Below, in pieces: positions 14,583 to 26,582 of a stretch of 64,000 bases of DNA. The first letter of the stretch is position 1. Every line of letters starts with the position of its first letter. The DNA comes from Trichoplax adhaerens. Taxonomy: Eukaryota > Animalia > Placozoa. Where the stretch lies: positions 638,328 through 702,327 of the forward strand of contig NW_002060951.1 of the NCBI RefSeq assembly GCF_000150275.1, in the 5' to 3' direction. Below the pieces are notes generated by a model. The model searched no databases, had not been told where the DNA came from, and saw only the letters and a program-made list of their open reading frames with translations. The translations under genes and the position numbers were made by a program.

Positions 14583-15213
14583 TGTTACAGTGTTATATAC
14601 TGTATTACAGTAGAAATATCAATGTTAGGATAATTCTATTAGACTATCCTTATTTAGTTAACTTCTAATTTGGATATACTGTATTTTAATATAGCACTGA
14701 CTTTTTATGACAGTGACACATATACACATACTGAAATTAATAGTTATAATAGGGAATGCAAATCATCTGCTTACTGCTCGAATCATTGTGATTGTAATTT
14801 ACTTATGGTAGACTGTAAATTATCATGGAAATGTTCCGTGATAGGACATATCGTAATCTGACTATTCTGTATTAGTCATTATATGTCTATGTTCGTAAAT
14901 ACTGTTGTCTGCATTAAGGGAGCAGTAGCTAAAATTAATATCTAATTCAGTAAATGATTCTAATGTTAATTGTATTAACTATAACTCATGAACTATTGAG
15001 GAATAGTATATAAATGCAGTATATCGTGAAATAAAGAAGAATTGTCCAACTTAGTGTTTAACGTAAAATACGAGGCGTCTAAGTCTTTGTGTAGTCTGCT
15101 AGTAGAGCAAAAGTGTTTGTGATAGTGCAGATATCGTTCCTTGATACGTGGTTCGAGGAATTGACTTATTGATCGTATATTGCGTTATCTTGTTGCAAAG
15201 CTGTTTTGTGACA
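14583..15213 (+). mobile_element. Solo LTR (family A), 631 bp, TSD CCCGG
   Basis: TGTTACA...TGTGACA termini. CCCGG at 14578-14582 and 15214-15218. AATAAA at ~15030. Inverted near-copy of 9914-10544. Confidence 0.92.
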
Positions 15214-17346
15214 CCCGGTAACTTAATTCAACGTTATCGATCCACGTGTAGCTCTCTCTTTTTACTTTTCTTTTCACCTCTCTTTTATACCGTACATTTC
15301 AACCCAACACTATGTCACTATCACAAAACTTGTGACATAGTATAATTTAGCCTAAGACATGATTAGAGATAAGCAGGCTAACAACTAGGATTCGTAACAG
15401 TTATCATGATATCTAACCTATAATTTAAAATTGATTGTACCTTCAGTATCATCATAAAGGTTGCATTTTGCAGCAAGCCGTAAAACATGTTACCAATAGA
15501 AAATTTTCATGCATATTTGTAATACGGTAGTGTTGATGTTGACATTTCATAAAGAAATCAAGACGAAAAACTTTTTGAATTATTCATATACAATAACTCG
15601 AAGGAGTTATTCTTGTCTTTAAAAAAAAATCAATTATGTACAAATATTAATAGTAATCTTGGCTAAACAATTTTAAATTTTAGTCGAAGTAAACAAAACT
15701 TCCTCCTTACAAATAAAGAAAATAATTTCTTAACTCATAGTTTTCATTAGAATTCTTCATTGTGAAGCAGTACCGTTGCATCTGCTTTATGTATGGTTAC
15801 TTAGTTGTTTACTATTATAGAAATAGGCTAGGGCACTGCTACATATTGTAATCATCGTAAGGGGTGCTTATCCCACCGTTCAATAATCAGATGTAACATA
15901 AGCATGGTGCAATCAACTACTTATTTGAATTGTATGAACTATTTCTAGATTTGATAATGAAATATTTTATTTTATTAGAAGCCTCAAAAGAATGTTCAAA
16001 ATAATCATATCAATATGTATGGATTGCAACATTGAAAGTGCTTGAGCTATTTATCATTTGCCGCTAGGCTTAGCTGTTTTTAAAAAATTTCTATTTTGAA
16101 CAAGGAGATTAAATTTCTGTTTGGGGCTATGTTTATGATCTTGCTAGTTTATTGACAAGTGTCCATGGAGGAATATAATTACAGGATTTAGTATTAAAAA
16201 ATGTAATTCAATATCATAATGTGTACATAATTATTAAATATGGAGAAGTTTAAAGCTGAATATAAGCTGAATTAATTATTCTTTAGGATATAATTAATGT
16301 TTTTGCATAAACAATTTATGCCTTATAATTATTAATTTACAAATATTCAGTATCCTTTATTTGTTAGAACAAACATGGATACTATTCCCTCTAATCGAGA
16401 TAGCATGTTTAATGGAGGTTTTTAAGGATTACTCATTTATCATGTTGCGTAATATCAGTAATGGGATACCTTATTTACTCTTAGAATATCAAATGACGTT
16501 TTAATTAGTGGCAATTTATTGATTTTTACGTCATGTTTAGTTTTTAATGGTCAGATGTTATTTTATTATCGAATAGAATTTAATCAATAATTGTGTATAT
16601 TGGCGCTGAAATAGGAGATATATTGCCATTTGCACAGATACCTAATGTGGTGATTTCAATTAATTACAGTAGCAATGTGTTTGGAAAGAATAATAGTAAT
16701 ATAAAGTAAAGCACTATAGTCTATGGGAAGTATAGTAGAGTTATTAGTTGTGATTAATAAGATAATTACACGTGATAACTGGATAGATGAAGCTTTGTTT
16801 TATTCGTACTTCTTATATAAAAGATCGTAGCAGATAGATGCATGAAGTTCTACTTTGGAGTCATATACCATATTATTGATAGAATTCTCAACTCCTGACT
16901 ATGAACTGAACAAGTTACTCCTTTGATGTGGAAATTTGCTCAGGTTCGGGTTAATGGTCTACGGTCAATATACATTAAGTTTGCCAATTACGTCTGAGTG
17001 GGCTGTAAGCTTTAACTATATCCCTTTACAACGGGTATTACGATGCTATTTATAACTTAAATATTTAATACTGAGTACCGTATGTGTAAGCACACTAATA
17101 CAGGCTGTGCACGAATTTATTAGATTGATTTTCTAGGATTATTTCTATAATCGTTATAGCACTTCACATGACTGAATAGTTTGATAGCGATGTAGAGCAC
17201 GGCATTCTGGCAGTGACTAGTTTAGTTTTGGAGAACTTAGGAAATACAAATTGGGACATGTAGTGCAGTGTACGCTTGCAAATCAACAGTGCAGTTGGAT
17301 TTAAAATTACTCTAAACTACACTATCTTTGTCAGATTGTACATAGT

Positions 17347-17695
17347 TGTCATAGATTACGTTCCTGACAAAGGGTAAAGTAAAGTGTTCTGCTCTTCTAA
17401 CTTGCTACTGTCAACTACTATTGTAAATTCGGGCTAGCACTACTCTCCTAGACCGCAGTTACATAGACAAACTTCAGAACGTCAAGCTACTTTAAATTTA
17501 TTCCAACTAATATGACCAAATCTATTTACTCGTAAAAACTACAAAATTGGCTACTAACGAGCAATATTCACAATTACAAGTCAATAGCGATGAAAGTTTA
17601 GTCAACCTAACCTATAAAGGCAAAAAATCGACTACGATGCAAGTACTTAATCTATACCTACCACTCACAATACATGGTATATTTGTATCGTGACA
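17347..17695 (-). mobile_element. Solo LTR, 349 bp, near-perfect TSD ATAGT/ATAAT
   Basis: TGTCA...TGACA termini, flanks matching 4/5, AATAAA on the minus strand at ~17497, and similarity to the 1-489 element. Confidence 0.65.
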
Positions 17696-18187
17696 ATAAT
17701 GGTGATAATTAATTATAATGTATACTATTTCTAATTCCCGTCTCTTCGCTGACAGAGTTTAATGAATGATTTATAAACTGGTTAACAGCACTAAATTTAC
17801 GTTGTACAATGGTGGACTTTTTACATTGATTCATAGTTGTGGACAGTGCTATGCACATTGATAAATGAATCCTCTGTTCTACTACCTAATATATAATTAT
17901 TATGGTATACTGTACGTTATAATTAGAGCGGAGCGCGTATAAAAGCCGTCGTTTTTCAATCAATAAAGATCGGACATTCCCAATCCGTACTTTGATATGC
18001 ACTATTTTAAAGCAATTGTATCACATCACAAATGTGTCTGAATTGGTAGTTGTGAATAAGGGAACAGACGTTGAAAGATCTAGACTAAGTAACTATTTTT
18101 CGCCATGTTTTGCCTATTTGTAGCAAGAACAGTCCATCTATCCGAGTCTGTATGGAATCCAGTTCATACTGTATTATACGGTTTACT

Positions 18188-18642
18188 AGTTGAGACATCG
18201 TAGAGGGGTGAACACTACCGTCCCTACATTCCCACTCTTACTTCATAGTTTACAGGGATTAGAAAGTAAGTGTGGAAGATTTGAGAAATGGAGGAAATAG
18301 GAGTTGAGATATCGCATGGTAATGAACACCAGCGGTGCTAGTACAATGTTTTGGGGTGCTTCAAAGAACGAATTTTACCCTACTCCGCCGTCTCCACATT
18401 CCCACTCTTACATAGTCTACAGGGACTAGAAAGTAAGAGTGGAAGATTTGAGAAATGGAGGAAATAGAGTTGAGACATCCTATGGTAATGAACACCAGTG
18501 GTGCTAGTACAATGTTTTGGGGTGCTTCAAAGAACAAATTTTACCCTACTCCGCCATCACTACATTCCTACTCTTACTTCAAAGTCAACAGGGATTAGGA
18601 AGTAAGAGTGGAAGATTTGGGAAATGGAAGAAAGTAGGGGTA
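18188..18642. repeat. Tandem array of ~167-bp units (first unit internally deleted), each with a long foldback
   Basis: AGTTGAGA(C/T)ATC recurs at ~18188, ~18302 and ~18468. Each unit has CCACTCTTAC(TT)...(AA)GTAAGAGTGG inverted arms. Confidence 0.9.
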
Positions 18643-19563
18643 TGCTGTACACAGTGTACAGTGTACAGTATTTATTCTTGAGTAGTTGGTCAACGGTACT
18701 GTACTGTACGGCTCTGTATTGTAGTGGGCGTGGGTTCGGTCGTCTCTACTTTTCGCTGTTTAGTACGGTACTGATATCAGTAGCAATGTGCATACTGTAG
18801 AGCTAAAGGATTGTCTACAGAAGGTACTAACGTGCAAGTTTTTGTGGATGAAGAAATCGAATCGAATAAAATACTGTCTGTACCCATTCTACCCGTACAG
18901 CTAGCAGAAAGATTGTCAACATAAACTAGTGGCCAGTGATGGTCATTAATTGTCAAACGTGGACTTCTATCGCTAATCGAGACTGAACAACTCCAGTCAA
19001 CTTTACAACTACTACCATTGACCTTGTGGCACTTTCTGCACCTTGATATTGATGAGCGCTGGTGAATGATGATGTTAGCAAAGTCGCATTTCGCACGTCA
19101 ACAAATCAACAAAATTTTCCACTCATGTACTCGTATAGCAACAGCTGGCCATCGAAAATTAATCTCCAACTCGGTTTGTTGCAGTGCAAGTTAAGCAAAA
19201 CTTTGTTAATTGCTCAAAACTTTAATTACATATGGAGAGTATGCAGCTGATTGGCTTATAGAGAGTGTAGGAAATGGGATAGTTTTTGCAAAGCAGTTTC
19301 ATCCCCTTTTTTGGATTACATGTAGAATTTTAGTGGGCAGTGTTGCCAATAATAAATCAAGGTCCCATGTTATTTACATTGAGTTACAGTACACCCCTAA
19401 ATGAATTAGTTGTGGTGAAAAGTGTACGGTACGCTGTAATAAAATGTTAAATTCACTCAATTACAGTACATTGATCCAACCAGAATCATGCCAATATTAT
19501 TGTAGATTCATTGTCAATGTGGATGGTTGCTATAACTTACTGCAATTTTTTTTTTTATTTAAG

Positions 19564-22500
19564 ATGAGCTCAGTTGGTGCTGACAGGCTTGAAGGATTGT
19601 ATGGAAATGTTTGGTGAGTTTCGTCATATTTCAAGGCATCTAAGTTGATATTAAACTTTTATTACCATCAGTATCGTATTTATTTGATTGATTTTATTCA
19701 ATGATATAAATTCCATCGTAGCGAATTCGATGCTTAGTAACTTGATTAGAAACTGAAAATTGGATATTGATAATGTAATTGAAAATGTGTTTCGTCAGAG
19801 ATTGATTAATTATAATGCAACTGTATCTAATGATAGGGTAGAATTTTCAGGATTAGCTAGAGAATACAATCCAGTTAATTTGGGGCAGGTTTGTGCAACT
19901 TGTAACATTTCTGCTTATGTATGTTCTACTCCAATAGCAATTAAAATCTGTAAACTTATCGGTGTTTACGTAGTACGTTTCCTCACCCTATTGATCATAA
20001 ATGATATTGCTGTTAGTACTGTACGTACATCGTACAGTACGTATTGATGCGACAATGTACTTGTATCTTTATAAACTATATTTTAGACACCGCCAACTTA
20101 TAAATAATTCTTAGTGCACTTACCTGAAACTGCCGTTAATCTACTAAGAACTTTTTATACAGTAGCACAGCACGGAGTTACGGTACAACCCAATGATGGA
20201 ACCCATAGTCATGTCGTCAGTCCTACAGTAATTATAAAACTGTTGAATATTTATTGGCTATTCGTTATCATAATACTAAATGACTCATAACTAAAATCTC
20301 TGATATCTGCTAGCATGGGTAAATCTTGTTCTAAATTAATTTGCAAGGGTTTCCCGGATCTTCCTGTTCCTAACTTTCTAAAAGAAGCGATGATAACAGC
20401 GGTTACAAGTAATGACGTCTTGCATCAATATACAAGAGGACCAGTTAAGTGGATGCTCTTTCAACAGGCTGTTATCAGTAAACAGCTCTAATATTAAGTG
20501 CTTGCTTCAACGATTACATGTATTCTATTACTTCAACCTCTTCCACATTGGCTTTGTACTTACATTTAGGGTCATCCTAGGCTTATTAACGCTCTTACAG
20601 AATTGTACGAGCCTTTGCATCGCCGTAAAATTAACTCCGATACCGATGTAACTTGAATCTTACACTGAAATTATGACTGTGATGTTTCAGCAACTTATTG
20701 TTTAAATCAAACTTGTCAAGATTTTAGTAACAGTTGGTGGCTATGGATCTTTATATTGTAGCATTATGGGTCTTATTAACCCAGGAGACGAGGTATGACA
20801 AACTTGTAAGGCAATCATCTTCTCTTACGAGGGTTGTCATTTTAACAGGACTCAAGATATTGCTGGTCCTTAGAAAAGATTAAAGTTTGTAACAAGCATT
20901 CATTTGTTTCTAGGTAATTGTTATCGAACCTTTCTTCGATTGTTATGTCCCTTTTATTAAAATTGCTGGCGGAAAACCTATTTGCATTCCATTAAGAACA
21001 GTAAGTCTGAGCTTGGATGATGAACTGAACATTGAGATTTACGTAATTAATCAATGGTTTAACTTACTCGTAAATCAATTTCTGGTTCATGCAGAGAAAA
21101 AATGCTACAACTTCGGCTGATTTTTATTTGGATGAACAAGAATTAAGGAGTGCATTCAGTGATAAAACCAAATGTATCATCATCAATACTCCTCATAATC
21201 CTACTGGAAAGGTACTTGTGATAACTATTGCATATAGCCAACCATACGAATAATATTAACAGGCTGTGATCTTCCATAAATTTCTTGATTTCATATTTTG
21301 GTAGGTTTTTTCATTGCAAGAGCTAGAAGTAATTGCTGAACTTTGTATTAAAAACAACACCATATGCATTAGTGATGAAGTTTATGAGTGGCTAGTTTAT
21401 CCTGGAATAAGTCATATTCGAATAGGTATATATATAATAGCTAGTTCTCTTAGTTTATAGAGCTAAGCGACCGGTTTTTATGCCAAAAATTAAAATTTTT
21501 TTTAGCGACGTTACCTGAAATGAATGATCGAACTGTTACTATTGGTAGTGCTGGGAAAGCTTTTAGTGTAACTGGTTGGAAGGTAATAAAAACTAGCTGT
21601 TAATATAAATCTATGAAATGACCGTGTATGAGTTAAAGGTGTACGATATTTTTATAACGGTAGACTGGCTGGTCTATTGGCCCACCACATTTAATGAAGC
21701 ATCTCCATGCAGCCCATACGAATAGCATTTATACTTGCCAAACAGTGACGCAGGTATTGTTGCATGCATTAGTTATATGTACGGGAGCAATTAAGAAATT
21801 CACTTATTACATATAATTAAAATAGGAAATATGATACCGCCAAGCCCGGGGTATCAAATCAATTAATGTCATGATCAAGTTAGTATTTTATTCAGCCTTG
21901 TGAGACTGAATGCATTTTTCTCTGTGCTCGGAAATCAATACCTTTTAGGAGGCTGTTGCTATTGCTTTAGAAAATGAAATCAAAAATCGAGATAGTGAAG
22001 ACTCTTACCTAAATAATCTTCCTAAGATACTAGAAAGTAAACGAAATCAAATGGTTCGCTTTTTAAGTGAAGCTGACATTACACCTATAGTTCCGGAAGG
22101 TGGATATTTTATGATGGCTGACGTATCGAAGCTCGGTATTTTTGTCTATAATACTTTTAGTCGGACTTTAACTAATTAAGTGAAGCTAATAAGATCCTCG
22201 ATTGTTTTGCTTAGGCATTGAATTTGACGATGACGATGATAAATCATTATACGATTATAAATTTTCTCGTTGGCTTATCAAGAAAAAGGTACTTAGTAGT
22301 CTTGATCGTTTCTGGAAGACGAAATTGAATCTGTAACTAATAATGTGATGTACGGCGTCTTATAATCAATAGGGTATTGCTTGTATTCCACCGAGTGCAT
22401 TTTATTCAGAAGAAAATAAAGCCCTTTCTGGAAGACTTATCCGTTTCTGTTTTATTAAGGTAAATTTTTCTTACATTACTCTATACTAATGTCTGTCCTA

Positions 22501-22709
22501 ACTGTATATGTACACACGTACAGTATCTACTAAAGCAGTTAATTCCCTATACTTGCTCAGTTTAGCAATCAGTGTTGTACGAATATCTTACGCTTATTTA
22601 TTTCTGTTTATTTTGCACATGTATAATGAAAAAGACCGATGAAACTATGAATAAGGCAGAAGAGAAATTTGACTTACTTGCCAAATCTTTAAAACATGAA
22701 CACTTATAA
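19564..22709 (+). CDS. KYAT3: Kynurenine--oxoglutarate transaminase / cysteine-S-conjugate beta-lyase (KYAT1/KYAT3 family, PLP-dependent), 14 coding exons, ~420 aa
   Basis: Exons assembled by hand, all GT-AG and in phase: 19564-19613, 19837-19888, 20348-20443, 20570-20647, 20721-20792, 20914-21000, 21095-21211, 21305-21425, 21506-21582, 21664-21753, 21949-22135, 22215-22288, 22373-22459, 22635-22709 (TAA). Motifs: [66 protein letters not shown] (PLP lysine), GGYF, IRFCFIK. Probably a pro-orthologue of both vertebrate KYAT1 and KYAT3, so the symbol is nominal. Confidence 0.95.
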
Positions 22710-23724
22710 CGTAGAACTGTATACAGTTTTGTAACATTTCAATACAGTTTGCGCCATTTTTATGTTGATTTTTACCGATGGATGGTTTGAGAAGTCTCAA
22801 AATCCTTAAGATTTATTAGTCTAGTATCATTAATTATTTAGCTAAAACCATTGAAACCGTTTTGTAATCTTACGCAGTATAGTATTCACAGATCAAAGTC
22901 ATAATGCAATCGTATGATCGTCTTAATTTCTAAAAGGTATTCATTCGTGAAATGATGACCTGCTTAATTATATTATTAAAGCCTTGCTATAAATGGCATC
23001 AACACAAGTGAATATCGATTACCTTAGTTTGGCATTTTCTTGCTCTCTATCGTATTGAAGGCGAGAAAGGTTAGACACTACTATAGTCTTGAAACTTGAA
23101 GTAGTATATATTATTATTCTAATAAATTAGTCGAACGCTCTGCTGATGGTAGTTCACGTACTTGTTTACTGAGTAAAATATTATTCAGAATATGACTGTC
23201 AAAGGGAGTAATTATACATAAGTAACCACTTTTTTCGGAAGGACAGCGTTTTATGCCTTGCAGCTCTACTATATGCAAGAAACTCCTATAGTATTTTAAG
23301 ATTAGTACTGTATCGTCTTTAAACGCCAAGAGGCATGGATAAGGGCTATCTTCTATAATTTCACTTGCATTTGTAAAGTATGCAAACCTCAATATTTTCG
23401 TCGCTTACGTTAATGCAATCAATTCATATATGGTTCGATATATTTACTAAGCAAGTTTTAAGGGTACAAAATATAATGATTGCAGTATGAAGGAGTCATG
23501 ATGGCACTACCTCTTTAAGTAAAGTAAGGTCATAACATTTTTTTCTACGTTAAAGATAAAATTCTTTTAGATAAGAATGCTAGATATGTGGTAAAGTTAT
23601 TGCATCTGCCAGTATTAATGAGCTATTTCATTAATCTAATACAAAACAGCCATCGTAAACAAAATTAGACAAAAGAAACCTTTAGTCCGGATGCTACTAT
23701 TGCACAATTGAAAGCAAAGAAACA

Positions 23725-23768
23725 CTAGAGACCCTGGACTAAAGAACTTTTTAGTACAGGGTCTCTAG
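23725..23768. repeat. 44-bp palindromic mini-element (hairpin / minimal MITE)
   Basis: CTAGAGACCCTGGACTAAA-GAACTT-TTTAGTACAGGGTCTCTAG: 19-bp arms with one mismatch. A related degenerate copy lies at 45869-45897. Confidence 0.75.
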
Positions 23769-25299
23769 GTAACACCATCCGTTCTTTTAAAAACTAGCTG
23801 ATTTTGGAATCAGTAGGTTGAAGACGATAATTACAATATTGTTTGGAGAAAAATTCATAATCAAACAAATGCGACACTCACGCCGGAATAAATATCTATT
23901 ATCATTGCTATCATTTGTTATTATTTTAAAGTACCGTCGTTATACGGTATTTTTAGTAGCATCTACCTGAAATTGAATCTTTATAATTTTCTAAAAGATA
24001 AATACATACGAGGTCGTACATATCAATCTACTATGTTACAATACAGCATTGCGATAATATAATCAAGCCTTCGTGACTTATGGCTATTAAGCAGTGGCCT
24101 CCATTTACAAGAAAAAGGAAGTTGTATTTTTCTATGCGATACACAATTGCAAATATGATCGCTAAAATAAGGAATCATTCGTGCGTATAATCATTTGATC
24201 ACATGTTATACTGTATAGGTGAGTTGCCTACAGCAATTTTATAATTACGCCTAATATTCAAAAGATACGATACTAAGATAATGAGGAATAAATAAAGCTA
24301 CATTAATATACTTTCATCTTTTTGTTACTAACCTTTGCTATTGGATGTCAGTAGTGCCACTAGGCAACCCGCGTCTATTTAAACAACGAGATTACATAGC
24401 AAAACCGCAATAATGCTCGTAACTAAAACTGAAATTTAGCGTCAGTGATATTTACTCTATAAAGCAAGCTCAACTTTCTGCTGTAGATTGGTGTTCAGTG
24501 GTTTCTATAACTGTATTCTCAAAATAAAGTTACGAAAATTATATAAGTAAAATTGCGATAATACTAGCATTTCTAATAGAGTAGTAACGACAAGATATCA
24601 TCACAATGATTACCATGTCAGACAATTAGCAAGCTGGTTTAGAAAAGTAACGTAGGCTACTTAACTATGCTATTATCATTTATTATGCTAACTTATTGTT
24701 CTATCATTATGGTTAATTAATTGAGAGTAAAATAAAATGGAAGCAGCGTTCGCTATTTATATGAATAACCCGATATCGTTTTGGTACAAGTTGAGTACGG
24801 TAAACTTATTATCCTTTAGCATTGTAGCGGTCCAAAAATAGATAACGATCATTAATTATCACCTTAGCTCTACTTTCATGAGACATCTAGCGTAAATCAA
24901 AAGCTTTGATTGCAAGAAAACACACTATGAGAATGTGTTTAACGCCAATAATTATATATATGTTATACATATTATTGAAATTTTTAAAACATCTGCTATT
25001 AGCTCCATAAACATCATGCTACATTTTGATAGCGTAACAAATCCAATTAATTATAATTACCATCACGTCATGCTTGCTATGGATACAACCTCGATATCGT
25101 GGATTTTAAAATCAATTTAACAAGGATGCTAGTTGTTGATGTTATCAGGTTTAATAGACTAAATGATATTAGATCACGATACTAAATATAGTTTAAACAC
25201 AGACAGTAGTATTGTTATGGCTACATTCATGCTAGTTCTATCTGAACTCCTCAAAAATCTATAACTAAAGATGCATAATCTCAAAGTAAAGTTTATTAT

Positions 25300-25437
25300 A
25301 CAATTCAAACGATATTATGCTGGCATATAGTAATAGAATCAAGTTATAATTACAACTACTGAAAATTTAAACAACTCGAACGATATTATACCGGCATATA
25401 GCAATAGAATCAAGTTATAATTACAATTACTGAAAAT
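25300..25437. repeat. Tandem duplication of a ~71-bp unit (two copies)
   Basis: AACGATATTAT..GGCATATAG.AATAGAATCAAGTTATAATTACAA.TACTGAAAAT occurs twice in succession. Confidence 0.88.
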
Positions 25438-26582
25438 ATTTTTATGTAATTTTTAGTATTGTTCTTGACAGACGTTAATGATTAGGAGAGGAATAAGGTT
25501 AATTATACATATTTCATTCTATAGGTATCAGTAGTAAGCAATCTCTTTATCTTCAATGAGTAAACATAGCAAGTTAATCATTTACCAGCGTGCATATTTT
25601 AGATGGTGGAAAGGATAAGAGTATTTTATGATAATGACATTAAGTGCCTCATAAGAAGTAGTAAGTAGATGAGGAAAGACAGTAAATTAATCTGTCGCAA
25701 CTGCGCGAGTATAATGATACAAGAATAGATGGGAGAAGGCCTTAGAAAATCGGTTACTTTACGGAATAATCCATATTAAGTAAACAATCTCCATATGTAC
25801 GATGTATTCTTAAACAACTTAAATGCTCGCATCTACACATGATACGAAGATATGATAGTGAATATAAAGACATAAATAGCAAATAAGCATTAGTAGACAT
25901 GTACATAGAAATATTATACAAATATATTTTAGTATTCGATGTACTAATTAATGCGAAACATTGGATGCTAAGAAAGAGATGCAATTTAAGTATGCAAAGT
26001 AATAAAAATCGAAATATAGTAGAGAAATTTTACAGAATGGCTATCTCGTAGCGTTAATCAGTCTAGTCATTTAATGTGATAAGAAAAATGAATAGTATAG
26101 AATGGTTCAATCTCCATAAAGAGAATAGAAGACACTAATGGTACTACCGGATTGCCGGATGCTATTGATGTCAATGTAGATATTTTTAAGTAATAAATAA
26201 CACTGAGAATAATGTTAGTTAAAATTAAATGATATCTTTCGCAAGATAATGATAGCTACAGGATAAGAATAAAGTCTAAGTATTTTACTATTCAAGAAAA
26301 GTACGGCTGTAACAAAATAAAGCAAAAATGTAACAACTTACACTTACATTAAAGTAGTAGACTTTCCCTTAAGTCATATTAGATACAATCATTGTATTAT
26401 CTATTTAATTAGATCGATTTTTCGATGAGAAAAGAGCCCGAAAAAAATGATCTTATCTTGCGTATGTCTTGAAAGGTCAAGATCAATGATTGTTATTATT
26501 ACAGATAAGTTATAGGATACATTTTTGAAAATTTAGTCTTCAGTTATGTTGAGGCTAGTAGAGAATAGCCTTTAGTCGTTGT

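Noticed and set aside
9914-15213. A single composite or Pack-type DNA transposon carrying GPCR1
   Set aside because: Each arm has its own distinct 5-bp TSD and LTR-type termini. The outer flanks (TAGTA vs CCCGG) do not match.
16647-17045. Additional LTR-like stretch with TATATAAAAG
   Set aside because: No pair of TG...CA termini with a matching TSD could be found.
18188-18642. CRISPR array or hammerhead retrozyme
   Set aside because: Whole units repeat with no unique spacers, the context is eukaryotic with no cas genes, and no CTGANGA hammerhead core was seen in the units.
18775-19100. Stop-free ~100-codon minus-strand frame and a plus-strand CAYC-containing frame upstream of KYAT
   Set aside because: No start or splice context and no recognisable domain. 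Probably GC-richer promoter-proximal DNA or TE debris.
19760-20651. Track ORFs 19760-20047 and 20412-20651 as separate genes
   Set aside because: They are intron read-through or off-frame overlaps of KYAT exons 2-4.
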